The notes under the pieces: generated by a model | Told to the model about the DNA's origin: nothing | The model's input: the letters and a program-made list of their open reading frames with translations, nothing else | Databases searched by the model: none | Source: Octopus vulgaris | Lineage: Eukaryota | Length of the DNA: 64,000 nt | Assembly (NCBI GenBank): GCA_951406725.2 | Contig: OX597815.1 | Coordinates: forward strand, 15,996,001-16,060,000 | Reading direction: 5' to 3' | Translations under genes and position numbers: made by a program | Shown: positions 41,600-51,521 of the stretch, in pieces | Layout of the letters: every line of letters starts with the position of its first letter | Numbering within the stretch: position 1 is the stretch's first letter

Positions 41600-42229
41600 T
41601 CATCATCATTGTTTAGCGTCCACTTTCCATGCTAGCATGGGTTGGACGGTTCAACGGGGGTCTGGGAAGCCAGAAGGCTGCACCAGGCCCAGTCTGATCT
41701 GGCAATGTTTCTACGGCTGGATGCCCTTCCTAACGCCAACCAGTCTGTGAGTGTAGTGGGTGCTTTTTACGTGCCACCAACACAGGTGCCAGACGAGGCT
41801 GGCAAATGTCCACGATCGGATGGTGCTTTTTATGTGCCACTGGCACGGAGGCCAGATGGGGTGGCGCTGGCAACAGCCACGTTCAGATGGTTCTGACCGG
41901 CACTGGTATCACAGCTACAATTTCCATTGATGTTGATCGATTTCGATTTTGATTTTGATTTTGATTCTCACTTGCCTCAACAGGTCTCCACAAGTAGAGT
42001 TTTGTGTCCCAAGAAGGAAAGGTATGCATAAGTGGACCGGCTACATCCCAGGTAGAGGCCACGGGTTATGGTCTCACTTTTCTTGCCGGGTCTTCTCAGG
42101 CACAGCATACTTCCATAGGTCTCGGTCTCTAGTCATTTCCTCGGTGAGACCTAAAGTTCAAAGGTCATGCTTCACCACCTCGTCCCAGGTTTTCCTGGGT
42201 CTACCTCTTCCACAGGTTCCCTCAACTGC
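41597..42229 (-). mobile_element. 5'-truncated RTE inserted within a (TA)n tract
   Basis: Contains the (cat)n tail, 3' UTR minisatellite units and the ORF end AVEGTCGRGRPRKTWDEVVKHDL. (TA)n lies on both sides (41549-41596 and 42230-42250). Confidence 0.88.
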
Positions 42230-42250
42230 TATATATATATATATATATAT

Positions 42251-42539
42251 AGTTAAAGGTTTGCAGGTCATACTCTGAGTAAGGTCTGTAGAACTCTGGG
42301 CATTACAGGAGTATGTAAAAGAAGAGCTGTGATGAACAACAAAAGGTTACTGAGAAAACCTCTTGATGGCTCTGGCCGAAAACAGGTAATCAGTTGGGTT
42401 AACACAATGCCACAGGCCTAGGCTTGATCAGCTAAGCCAAGTCACCTGGATGAGGTATGTTGTAAAACGCAAATACTCAATAATTCCAGGACACAACGCT
42501 GCTGATGTATCCAAGCATTGCTTGTGTAGATGTGCTGAA

Positions 42540-42573
<34 letters not shown>

Positions 42574-42862
42574 TTCAGCACATCTACACAAGCAATGCTT
42601 GGATACATCAGCAGCGTTGTGTCCTGGAATTATTGAGTATTTGCGTTTTACAACATACCTCATCCAGGTGACTTGGCTTAGCTGATCAAGCCTAGGCCTG
42701 TGGCATTGTGTTAACCCAACTGATTACCTGTTTTCGGCCAGAGCCATCAAGAGGTTTTCTCAGTAACCTTTTGTTGTTCATCACAGCTCTTCTTTTACAT
42801 ACTCCTGTAATGCCCAGAGTTCTACAGACCTTCCTCAGAGTACGACCTGCAAGCCTTTAACT
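42251..42862. repeat. 612-bp palindrome centred on (TA)n
   Basis: The ORF track gives the identical 73-aa ORF on both strands (42442-42663 -, 42450-42671 +). By eye the arms differ at only 3 positions, all in the outer 30 bp. Confidence 0.95.
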
Positions 42863-42960
42863 GCTAACCTCCACTAGCAAACACTTTGTTCTCCACCCAT
42901 TCATGCAGAATCTTCCACTAATTCCGAGTCTCAACAATCCTTTCCTCATGGCACACTTAA
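42571..42960 (-). mobile_element. Decayed 3' end of an RLE-type (HERO/R2-group-like) non-LTR retrotransposon, forming the palindrome arm
   Basis: GWRTKCLLVEVSS*...TLGITG...TEKTS*WLW resembles the C-terminus GWxxxCxPVEVGxRG...LGITG...AEKASRWLW of HERO-like elements (recalled, not searched). Confidence 0.55.
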
Positions 42961-43034
42961 CTCTAATAGGACTAGCTGCTTTGTTGCTTTGGTAAACAAA
43001 ATGATATTTATAAATAAGATACAAGGTACAGGCA

Positions 43035-43372
43035 TTGCTTCCCAACCACATGGTTCTGGGTTCAGACCCACTGTGTGACACCTTGGGTAAGTGTCTTTTA
43101 TAGCCCCAGGCCAATCAAAGCTTTGTGAGTGGATTTGGTAGACGGAAACTGAAAAGAAACCAGTTGTGCATGTGTCTGTGTTTGTCCCCCACCACCACTT
43201 GACAAACCAGTGTTGGTGTGTTTATATCCCTGTAACCTAGCTGTTCAGCAAAAGAGACCAATAGAATAAGTACTAGGCTTTAAAAAAAGCCTTGGGGTTG
43301 ATTTGTCCAACTAGAACCCTTGATGGTGAGGCCACAACATAGCCACAGTCAAATGACTGAAACAAGTAAAAG
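43035..43372 (+). mobile_element. SINE family A, 5'-clipped and diverged
   Basis: Matches the body and tail of the 28965 copy. Confidence 0.8.
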
Positions 43373-43847
43373 ATACACACGCATGGATGTACGTATGTAT
43401 GAAAGAAGATACAGGCAGATTTGTCTAATTAAGAAGTTTGCCCCACAACCACACAGTTTTGGGTTCATTGCTGTTACATGGTAATGTAGGCAAGTGTCTT
43501 CAACTATAACCTTGCGAATGCGTTTGATTATAGATTTAATCGGAGGCAAACGAACAAGAAAGTAATGGCTTTTTTTTTACAAGTACATATAGTCAACTCT
43601 CAATAATTGTCTCATACACCAATCACATAAAAATCAAATTATTGAAATATTTGTTAACAGGGGACTTTCAGTGAGGTCACTGAGTCTGCTAAGAATAGCA
43701 ATCAAATCTCTCTAAAACTAAAGACATCGGATAATGTCATCAGAGTTACCCTATTCCAGGAAAAAGACTATATGGTCATGTCTGGAATGTTCTTAATCAC
43801 AGCTCTACAGAATCAAGCATAACTTAGGGTTATACAACTATTAAGGG

Positions 43848-44235
43848 TTTCAAATTCTAGTACAAGGCCAGCATGTCGGGGGAGGGAGTAAGTTGATAGC
43901 ATCGACCCCAGGACTCCAACTAGTACATATTTTATCGACCCCAAGAGAATGAAAGGCAAAGTCGACCTCGGCAGAATTTCAACTCAGAACATAAAGACAG
44001 ACGAAGTACCTATTTCTTTACTACCCACAAGGGGCTAAACACAGAGAGGACAAACAAGGACAGACAAACGGATTAAGTCGATTATATCGACCCCAGTGCG
44101 TAACTGGTACTTAATTTATCGACCCCGAAAGGATGAAAGGCAAGGTCGACCTCGGCGGAATTTGAACTCAGAACGTAGCGGCAGACGAAATAAGCATTTA
44201 GTCCGGCGTGGTAACGATTCTGCCAGTTTGCCGCC
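43848..44235 (-). mobile_element. Two nested or tandem SINEs of family C (Meta-domain-like core)
   Basis: On - the head ggcggcaaactggcagaatcg...gagttcaaattccgccgaggtcgac precedes the core gcctttcatcctttcggggtcgataaattaagtacc. A full copy at 44009-44235 abuts a partial copy with a different tail. Confidence 0.85.
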
Positions 44236-44288
44236 TTTAGGATAATGCAACTATTAATGCAACAGATTTTGATAATCACGAAATGTGA

Positions 44289-44412
44289 AATTCGAGGCGG
44301 AAGTAAAGAAAACGCACACACGGTGTTTAGGATTAAGGGTTAGGGTTTAGGATTAGGGTTAGGGTTACGTCGAAAACGGGTGGTGTGCGTATTCTTTACC
44401 TCCACCGAATTC
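44289..44412. repeat. Short inverted-repeat element enclosing TTAGGG-like repeats
   Basis: Arms aattcgaggcggaagtaaagaaaacgcacac and gtgtgcgtattctttacctccaccgaatt surround ttaggattaagggttagggtttaggattagggttagggtta. Confidence 0.8.
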
Positions 44413-44769
44413 GAATTAGCCTCAGATTTAGCACTTGATCAGTCAGACCTATGATCAAATGTGTCCCAGTTATGCCACGACACACACACCAACATTTGAA
44501 TGGTCCAATGTCTCCTACATTTACGTTAATAGAGTGTGCGTTCGATTTAATTTCGATGAGAGGGAAAGGGTTCGAATACAAGCTGTTACTTCGTCAAAAA
44601 TTGATTTTTTTTTTTTTTTAAACACAAGCTAATAAAATGGTGGGGATTGTGTTACATTCATGCCTTTCTCGAAAGCATTAACTACGTTAGTTAAAACGGT
44701 GGAATATGTTGTGTTCCGTGAGAGAAAAAGAGAAAGTTTCGGACGCTGGTCCAATGTCGGGGGGGGGGC

Positions 44770-44951
44770 GAAAGAGAGAAAGAGAGGGAAGGAGAAAGAG
44801 AGGGAAAGAGAGAGAGAGAGAAAGAGAGGGAAGGAGAGAGAGAGAGAAAGACAGGGAAAGAGAGAGAAAGACAGAGAAAGAGAGGGAAGGAGAGAGAGAG
44901 AAAGACAGAGAAAGAGAGGGAAGGAGAGAGAGAGAAAGAGAGAGGGGGGAG
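44770..44951. repeat. Polypurine (GA-rich) minisatellite
   Basis: Repeated agagagaaa(a/g)agagggaagg units, almost free of pyrimidines. Confidence 0.95.
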
Positions 44952-45149
44952 ATTATTAAGCCACAAGAAAAAAATTTTTTAAATATAATTTAACTGTTAA
45001 AGAAATGTAAATCATTGTAACAAGAGTTCGAAACCGGAACGCGAATTCTGCAAGCAGGGAAGCAAGTTTTTTTTTTTTTAGTTTTCTTCTACAGCAAAAA
45101 TTTAAATTTCGTTTTCTCTCTCTCAATTCATTATTTTTGTTTTTTTGGG

Positions 45150-45465
45150 GGCGATTTTTCGTCTCTAGTAGACCTTTCCGTCGATTTCCGTAAATTTTTT
45201 TTTTTTTTTTTTTTACATATGGGCTTGCGGGAACTTTTGAAGTAATGAGAGCGAAAGAAACTAAGAGAAAGCGATTGTATGACGAGGGAAGTTCTTTTGA
45301 AGTTACCGTGCATGGCAAGCATTGATGTACATGTGTGTGTGTGTGTTTGATGGGGTGTGGGAGACAGACAGTATGTTGTGTAAGTGAAGTGCTTCTGTTA
45401 GTGTGTGTGTGAAGAGACAGAGTAATGTTTGAAAGAGAAAGGTCTACTAGAGACGAAAGATCGCC
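45150..45465. promoter_or_regulatory. 29-bp inverted repeat (28/29 complementary) in proximal PRDX4 intron 1; predicted pre-mRNA stem
   Basis: ggcgatttttcgtctctagtagacctttc (45150-45178) pairs with gaaaggtctactagagacgaaagatcgcc (45437-45465). The repeat is seen directly; a regulatory role is inferred. Confidence 0.7.
45307..45322 (-). CDS. PRDX4: Putative alternative first coding exon of PRDX4 (signal-peptide-less isoform)
   Basis: ATG CTT GCC ATG CAC G|gtaact is a phase-1 donor. Spliced to exon 2 it gives MLAMHVSKPAPDWNGTAV. Inferred from sequence only; no transcript evidence. Confidence 0.5.
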
Positions 45466-45608
45466 TTTAAAGCGACAGTTGATGCAATTGTGAGTTAGTA
45501 GAGTGCAAACAAACCAACGACGACGCCTGGCAGAGGCGGAATCGCCAACCGCCACCATTCATGTTTATGTTACACGTTTACAATAAGGAGAGGGAAAAAG
45601 AAACATAC

Positions 45609-45765
45609 TTATGGCCTTGCTCCATTGAATCGTGTGTCCGGACAGTTTCCTATCTTCCTGTGGATAAACCTGACCACCAGCATAAGAATAACAAGTTTCC
45701 TCACCCCAGCAAACAGCTGAAACGGCAAACAGCAGCAGGACGACACAAACGGACGACGACGACAT
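45609..45765 (-). CDS. PRDX4: Peroxiredoxin-4, exon 1 (signal peptide form)
   Basis: aaaATG at 45765. Reads MSSSSVCVVLLLFAVSAVCWG (hydrophobic signal peptide) then EETCYSYAGGQVYPQE...HTIQWSKAI, the Prx4-specific N-terminal extension. Donor A|gtatgt is phase 1 and matches exon 2. The spliced CDS is 744 nt (247 aa plus stop). Confidence 0.93.
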
Positions 45766-46371
45766 TTTGCAGATTTGAAAGCGTCGGTTCAACGTAGATC
45801 TATACACTCTTTAATGGCTAGATAAACTTTGCTTGCACACAAGACGACATATTACAACAGTAAACCGTTTTCTTTTAGGATTACAGCTATATAAGAAGAA
45901 TATTGCTTTTAAGAACTAAAGTTTATTTTAAATTATTACTATCATTGATATTATATTATCGTTTTTTTTTATTTTTAAAAGTAAACAAATTGCTATTTTT
46001 ATATGTTAGGTGAGGAAAAGAAAGTATCCTTTATTTCAGGTACTCCCAACACGGTGAAACTGATACCCAGCTAATACCCAGCCAGAACGTCTACAGAGAA
46101 ACCCTACATGCTAGAAAGGAATCAGAGGTTTGATATACATGAGTATCCAAGGACTAAGTGGTATGTTAATACACTAAACAGTCCTTGACCACAAATGCAA
46201 TCGCAATTCAGATAAAACTAAATGGAAATAGATGTATTGTTTGGATTTTCAACGTCAAGAACAAATTTATCTTTCATATGAAAATAAGAAAGCTTTTATT
46301 GAGATCCAGGAATGTCTTTTTTTTTTAAAGAAAAAGATAACAGGGTTAATGTATAATGAAAATTGATCATC

Positions 46372-46912
46372 AAGTCTGCAGTGGAGGTAGGTGCTTCAAG
46401 AGCATAGCTGCTAAAATAAGAATAAGCTGGGCAAAATTCAGAGAGCTTCTACCTTTGTTGATGACAAAGGGACTCTCCCTCGGAGTGAAAGGCCTCTCCC
46501 TCAAAGTGAAACATGGGCTGTGACTGCTGTGGACATGCAAGGCTTGAATGAAATGAAGCAAGTATACTTTGCTGCATGTGCAATGTCAGTGTGCACATAC
46601 AGCAGAGTGTAAGCATCTTGAGAGAAAAAGTAAGCATAAAAGGCATCAGATGCACTGGTTTGGTCATGTGAAGGATATGGACAAGGACAGCTGCATAAAA
46701 AGTGCTGATCTCAAACTGTGGAAGAGGTAGACCCAGGAAGACATGGGACGAGGTTGTGAAACATGATCTTTGGATGTTGAGTCTCACAGAGGCGATGACA
46801 AGTGATCAAGACCCTTGGCAATTTGCTGTACTTTAGAAGACACATCAAGCCAAGGGAATTTGCAGTCATGGCCAGTGCCAGTGACACATAAAAGGTACCC
46901 GTACCAGTGACA
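46372..46912 (+). mobile_element. Decayed RTE ORF2 3' fragment
   Basis: Contains SIAAKIRISWAKFRELLPLL and CGRGRPRKTWDEVVKHDL, homologous to the 48796 ORF. Confidence 0.85.
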
Positions 46913-46990
46913 CAATATACATAATTTTATTTTTGATCCTTGCCATTGCATACTATTACTAGCCTTACCATTCCTAAAAATTATCCCTTA

Positions 46991-46992
<2 letters not shown>

Positions 46993-47025
<33 letters not shown>

Positions 47026-47575
47026 TTAACGTCCGTTTTCCTCGCTAGCACAGGTTGGACAGTTCGACCGGGGTCTGGGAAGCCAGGAGGCTGCACCAGG
47101 CTCCAGTCTGATCTGGCAGTGTTTCTACAGCTGGATGCCCTTCCTAATGTCAACCACTCCGTGAGTGCAGTGGGTGCTTTTTACGTGCCACCGGCACGGG
47201 TGCCAGGAGAGTATGGCAGCGGCCACGATCAGTTGGTGCTTTTAACGTGCCACCAGCATGGAAGCCAGTCAAGGCAGCGCTGGCATCGGCCACATTCGGA
47301 TGGTGCTTTAACGTGCCACCGGCACAGAAGCCAGTCGAGGCAGCACTGGCATCGGCCACATTCGGATGGTGCTTTTTATGTGCCACCGGCACAGGTATCA
47401 CAACTACTATTTCCATTGATATTTATTTTGATGTTCATGTACTTGACTCAATAGATCTCTTCAAGCACAGCAGGCTGTTCTGAAATCCAAGGTACTTTGA
47501 ATGGGCAGGGGCTATGTGGAACTGGTGCAGGAAGTAGCCCGGGTCTTTGCAGTCACAGCATATCTCAAAAAAAAA
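46993..47575 (-). mobile_element. RTE 3' UTR and tail with about 4 minisatellite units
   Basis: (cat)n tail, shared 3' end, and repeated ggtgcttttacgtgccaccggcac units. Confidence 0.85.
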
Positions 47576-47633
47576 ATAGGGCTTCTTCTGAATGTATCTC
47601 CAAACACAATCAGGAGTTCCTTGGATTCTCTCT

Positions 47634-47912
47634 TGTAGTGTGATGGAGGAAAAGGACAACAGAAAAAGAAGCAAACAGGAGAAAGAAAGACAAAAGGCCT
47701 TACCTGTTGGCCTTGGCGGAATCAGCGATCACTCTCAAGAAATAAACACGTCTTATCTCGCTGCCGTCTCTACTCAAACTGACCACACGTGCTTCCTGCC
47801 CACACATACCCCGTGGCTGTGCCACAAGCCCCTTCAGTTTTCACTTCCATCTACCATCCCCTCCACCAACACCACATAGATCATCACAGCTCATAACACC
47901 ACTAACACCACA
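47634..47912. mobile_element. Solo LTR with 5-bp TSD
   Basis: Termini TGTAGTGT and ACACCACA, TSD tctct on both sides, internal aataaa. Homologous to 54434-54702. Confidence 0.75.
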
Positions 47913-48180
47913 TCTCTATATTTTGAAATTCCTGGTATATTATATAAAAACTAATTATAAATTGAAAAACATCTGAAAGTGCTTGACTGGTTCAACAAAC
48001 ACTTTTCTATACCATTTAAAAACCATTTCCATATATGTTTTCTCAGAAACTAGTACAATTAAAATAAATGAACTTCTTTTGAAAAGATTGACCAACAGAA
48101 AAATAACTATCTTTATGAAAAAAACAAAAAAAAAACAGACTAAAGCTGTAGAAGAGGTAGTATACACATTTGTTAATACT

Positions 48181-48411
48181 TATTTCTTTATTGCCCACAA
48201 GGGGCTAAACATAGAAGGGACAAACAAGGACAGACAAAGGGGTTAAGTCGATTACATCGGTCCCAGTGCGTAACTGGTACTTAATTTATCGACCCCGAAA
48301 GGATGAAAGGCAAAGTCGACCTCGGCGGAATTTGAACTTGAAACGTAGCGACAGACGAAATACTGCTAAGCATTTTGCCCGGCGTGCTAACGTTTCTGCC
48401 AGCTCGTCGCC
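48181..48411 (-). mobile_element. SINE family C, full length with 10-bp TSD
   Basis: TSD tgttaatact at 48171-48180 and 48412-48421; the body matches 44009-44235. Confidence 0.9.
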
Positions 48412-48786
48412 TGTTAATACTGATGAATTTTCCATGAAATCAATGATCAAAAGTGCTTTTATTAGAAAAAGCATTATAGATAAACATTTGGCTTAGCCTA
48501 TAATGGTTCTCATTCAATGCAGAAGATTCAACATCAGTGTGATTTGAAAAAAGTTTTTGAATGTTCAAGGCAGCGCTCCAGCATGACTGCAGTCAAATGA
48601 CTGAAACAAGCAAAAGAGTAAAAGAATGGTAAAATAACTATCATAAGGTTGCTTGGTCACCATGTTGTAGTGGTTACTTGTTGGTGTGTGTTGTATTACT
48701 GAAGACCATTGTCATGTAGTCTAGCTGGCTGCATGTATAATAAACTAAGCAAGCTCATGAACTTTTAGCATATTTATTGTTGGACT

Positions 48787-50885
48787 TGGTGGTCAATGAG
48801 GAAACTAGGGATAGATGAATGGTTAGTGAAAGCTGTACAAGCCATGTACAGAGACGCTGCTAGTAAGGTGAGGGTTGGCACCGAGAACAGTGAAGAATTC
48901 AGGGTAGAGGTTGGGGTCCACCAAGGTTCAGTCCTCAGTCCCCTCCTATTTATCATAGTCCTCCAGGCAATAATGGAGGAATTCAAGACAGGATGCCCCT
49001 GGGAGCTCCTCTATGCTGATGACCTTGCTCTAATTGCTGAGTCTCTATCAGAACTAGAGGAGAAGTTTCAGGTATGGAAACAAGGATTAGAATCGAAGGG
49101 CCTTAGAATCAACCTAGCCAAAACCAAAGTCCTAATAAGTAGGAAGGTAGACCAATCACAAACGCCTTCAGGTAGATGGCCCTGCTCGATCTGTAGAAAA
49201 GGTGTAGGTAGAAACTCTATAAGATGCACCAAGTGTAAGCTATGGACACATAAGAGGTGCAGCAATGTCAAAGGAAGGCTAACTAGGAAGATGGTTTTTG
49301 TATGTGGCAGATGCTCAGGAACAATTAACACTGAAAATGCTCTGAGACCAACTTCCGTCACTTTCCAGGGAGAAAAGCTAGAAGTAGTTGATAGTTTCCA
49401 TTACCTAGGTGACCAAGTCAGTAGCGGGGGCGGGTGCGCTGAAAGTATAACTGCTAGAGTAAGAATAGCCTGGGCAAAGTTTAGAGAGCTCTTACCCCTG
49501 CTGGTGACAAAAGGCCTCTCGTTCAAAGTAAAAGGCAGACTGTATGATGCATGTGTACGTACAGCCATGCTACATGGTAGTGAAAAAGGCAGACTGTATG
49601 ATGCATGTGTACGTACAGCCATGCTACATGGTAGTGAAACTTGGGCTGTGACTGCTGAGGATTTGCGTAAGCTCGCAAGAAATGAAGCTAGTATGCTCCG
49701 ATGGATGTGTAACGTCAGTGTTCATAATCGACAGAGTGTAAGTACCTTGAGAGAAAAGTTGAACCTAAGAAGCATCAGTTGTTGTGTGCAAGAGAGACGT
49801 ATGCACTGGTATGGTCATGTGATGAGAATGGCTGAAGATAGTTGTGTGCGAAAGTGCCACACCCTGGCAGTTGAGGGGACCTGTGGAAGAGGTAGACCCA
49901 GGAAAACCTGGGTCGAGGTGGTGAAGCACGACCTTCGAACTTTAGGTCTCACCAAGGAAATGACCAGTGACCGAGACCTTTGGAGGTATGCTGTGCGTGA
50001 GAAATCCCGGCAAGACCAGTGAGAACAGTCAAAATCAAGATCAAACCAAATTGAGGTCGATCAACATCAGGGGCCCCGTGCAGGTGACACGTAAAAGTAC
50101 CATCCGTACGTAGCCGTTTGCCAGCCCTGTCTGGCCCCCGTGTCGGTGGCACGTAAAAGCACCATCCGCTCGTGTTCGTTGCCAGCCTGGCCTGGCCCCC
50201 GTGCCGGTGACACGTAAAAGCACCATCCGTTTGTGGCCGTTTGCCAGCTCTGTCTGGCCCCCGTGCCGGTGACACGTAAAAGCACCATCCGTTCATGGCC
50301 GTTTGCCAGCTCTGTCTGGCCCCCGTGCCGGTGACACGTAAAAGCACCATCCGTTCGTGGCCGTTTGCCAGCCCTGTCTGGCCCCCATGTCGGTGACATG
50401 TAAAAGCACCATCCGTTTGTGGCCGTTTGCTAGCCCTGTCTGGCCCCCATGTCGGTGACATGTAGTGACATGTAAAAGCACCATCCGTTCGTGTCCGTTG
50501 CCAGCCTCTCCTGGCCCCCGTGCCGGTGACACGTAAAAGCACCATCCGTTCGTGGCCGTTTGCCAGCCCTGTCTGGCCCCCGTGTCGGTGGCATGTAAAA
50601 GCACCATCCGTTCGTGCCCGTTGCCAGCCTCGCCTGGCCCCCGTGCCGGTGACACGTAAAAGCACCATCCGTTCGTGGCCGTTTGCCACCTCTGTCTGGC
50701 ACCTGTGCGGGTGGCACGTAAAAAGCACCCACTACACTCACGGAGTGGTTGGCGTTAGGAAGGGCATCCAGCCGTAGAAACACTGCCAGATCTGACTGGG
50801 CCTGATGAAGCCTTCCAGCTTCACAGACCCCAGTTGAACCGTCCAACCCATGCTAGCATGGAGAATGGACGCTAAATGATGATGT
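48787..50885 (+). mobile_element. Young 5'-truncated RTE-clade LINE: open ORF2 C-terminal half (48796-50022), minisatellite 3' UTR, (gat)n tail
   Basis: 408-aa open frame with GVHQGSVLSPLLF, LLYADD, FHYLG, WYGHVMR and RGRPRKTW (RTE C-terminus). Ends gcatggagaatggacgctaaatgatgatg. Confidence 0.95.
50071..50730 (+). repeat. 61-62-bp GC-rich tandem repeat, 11 units, in the RTE 3' UTR
   Basis: Unit is approximately ggcccccgtgccggtgacacgtaaaagcaccatccgttcgtggccgtttgccagccctgtct. The gtaaaag core recurs at about 50091, 50153, 50214, 50276, 50338, 50400, 50472, 50533, 50595, 50656 and 50718. Confidence 0.95.
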
Positions 50886-51521
50886 TGACAAAAGAAAGTT
50901 GCTGATAATATAACCGCCAACTGAGAGGAGAGAAGCATGATGTCCTGTTGAAGGCAAGCTGTAGTACATCATGTATTAGTGCCTGAAATCATTTCTTGCT
51001 CAAGATGGTTTGTCTGAGTTCCCAAGGTGGCCTGGTCATAGCAGTTTATCTTCTGTGAGTGACCCAAGGTGGTCTATGTGAATGCCCAAGTCATCTGGTC
51101 TTAGCAGCTTGCTAAGGCCATTTGGCTGTGTTCAGCACTGAATGGTTTTTATACGGTGAAAAAAGGATGAATTTTAGATCATCCAAAAAGCCATATCATA
51201 CTGATTGCCATATCACACTGATTGGTTGATTTATAGATTAATCTCATGAAATTTTGGTGGCTTACTCATGATCCCTAATTGAATATGTTGCTGTTGGGGT
51301 TCGAATCTCTACAAGAGTCACCTCCCATCGATTCACAGTAGAAATGAAAAGAATGAATTATTTGAAAATAGAAAAACTACATACAAACACAATATGCCAA
51401 CACAAAGGCAAAAAAAAAACATGCATTGGATACAGAATAAATGCTAAGATAAAGATCATGTAACAATGATTAAGAAATAAGTTTGTAAGATATGCAAAGC
51501 ATAGATATGAACACAGAATTT

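Noticed and set aside
44956-45558. 200-aa minus-strand ORF in PRDX4 intron 1
   Set aside because: It runs through CA and poly-T low-complexity sequence, shows no recognisable domain, and no phase-1 donor in its frame was found.
45766-45807. N-terminal extension MYRSTLNRRFQICK of PRDX4
   Set aside because: It begins at GTG, not ATG. The ATG at 45765 has good context and directly starts the signal peptide.
50071-50730. CRISPR-like repeat/spacer appearance
   Set aside because: The would-be spacers are near-identical to each other, the array is in a LINE 3' UTR in eukaryotic DNA, and there are no cas genes. It is a minisatellite.
50800-50830. CTGATGA as a canonical hammerhead core (also at about 19612, 48420 and 55833)
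   Set aside because: No helix II followed by GAAA and no closing helix I could be built.
49949-50846. Repetitive 110-259 aa ORFs on the minus strand
   Set aside because: They are stop-poor translations of the GC-rich minisatellite.
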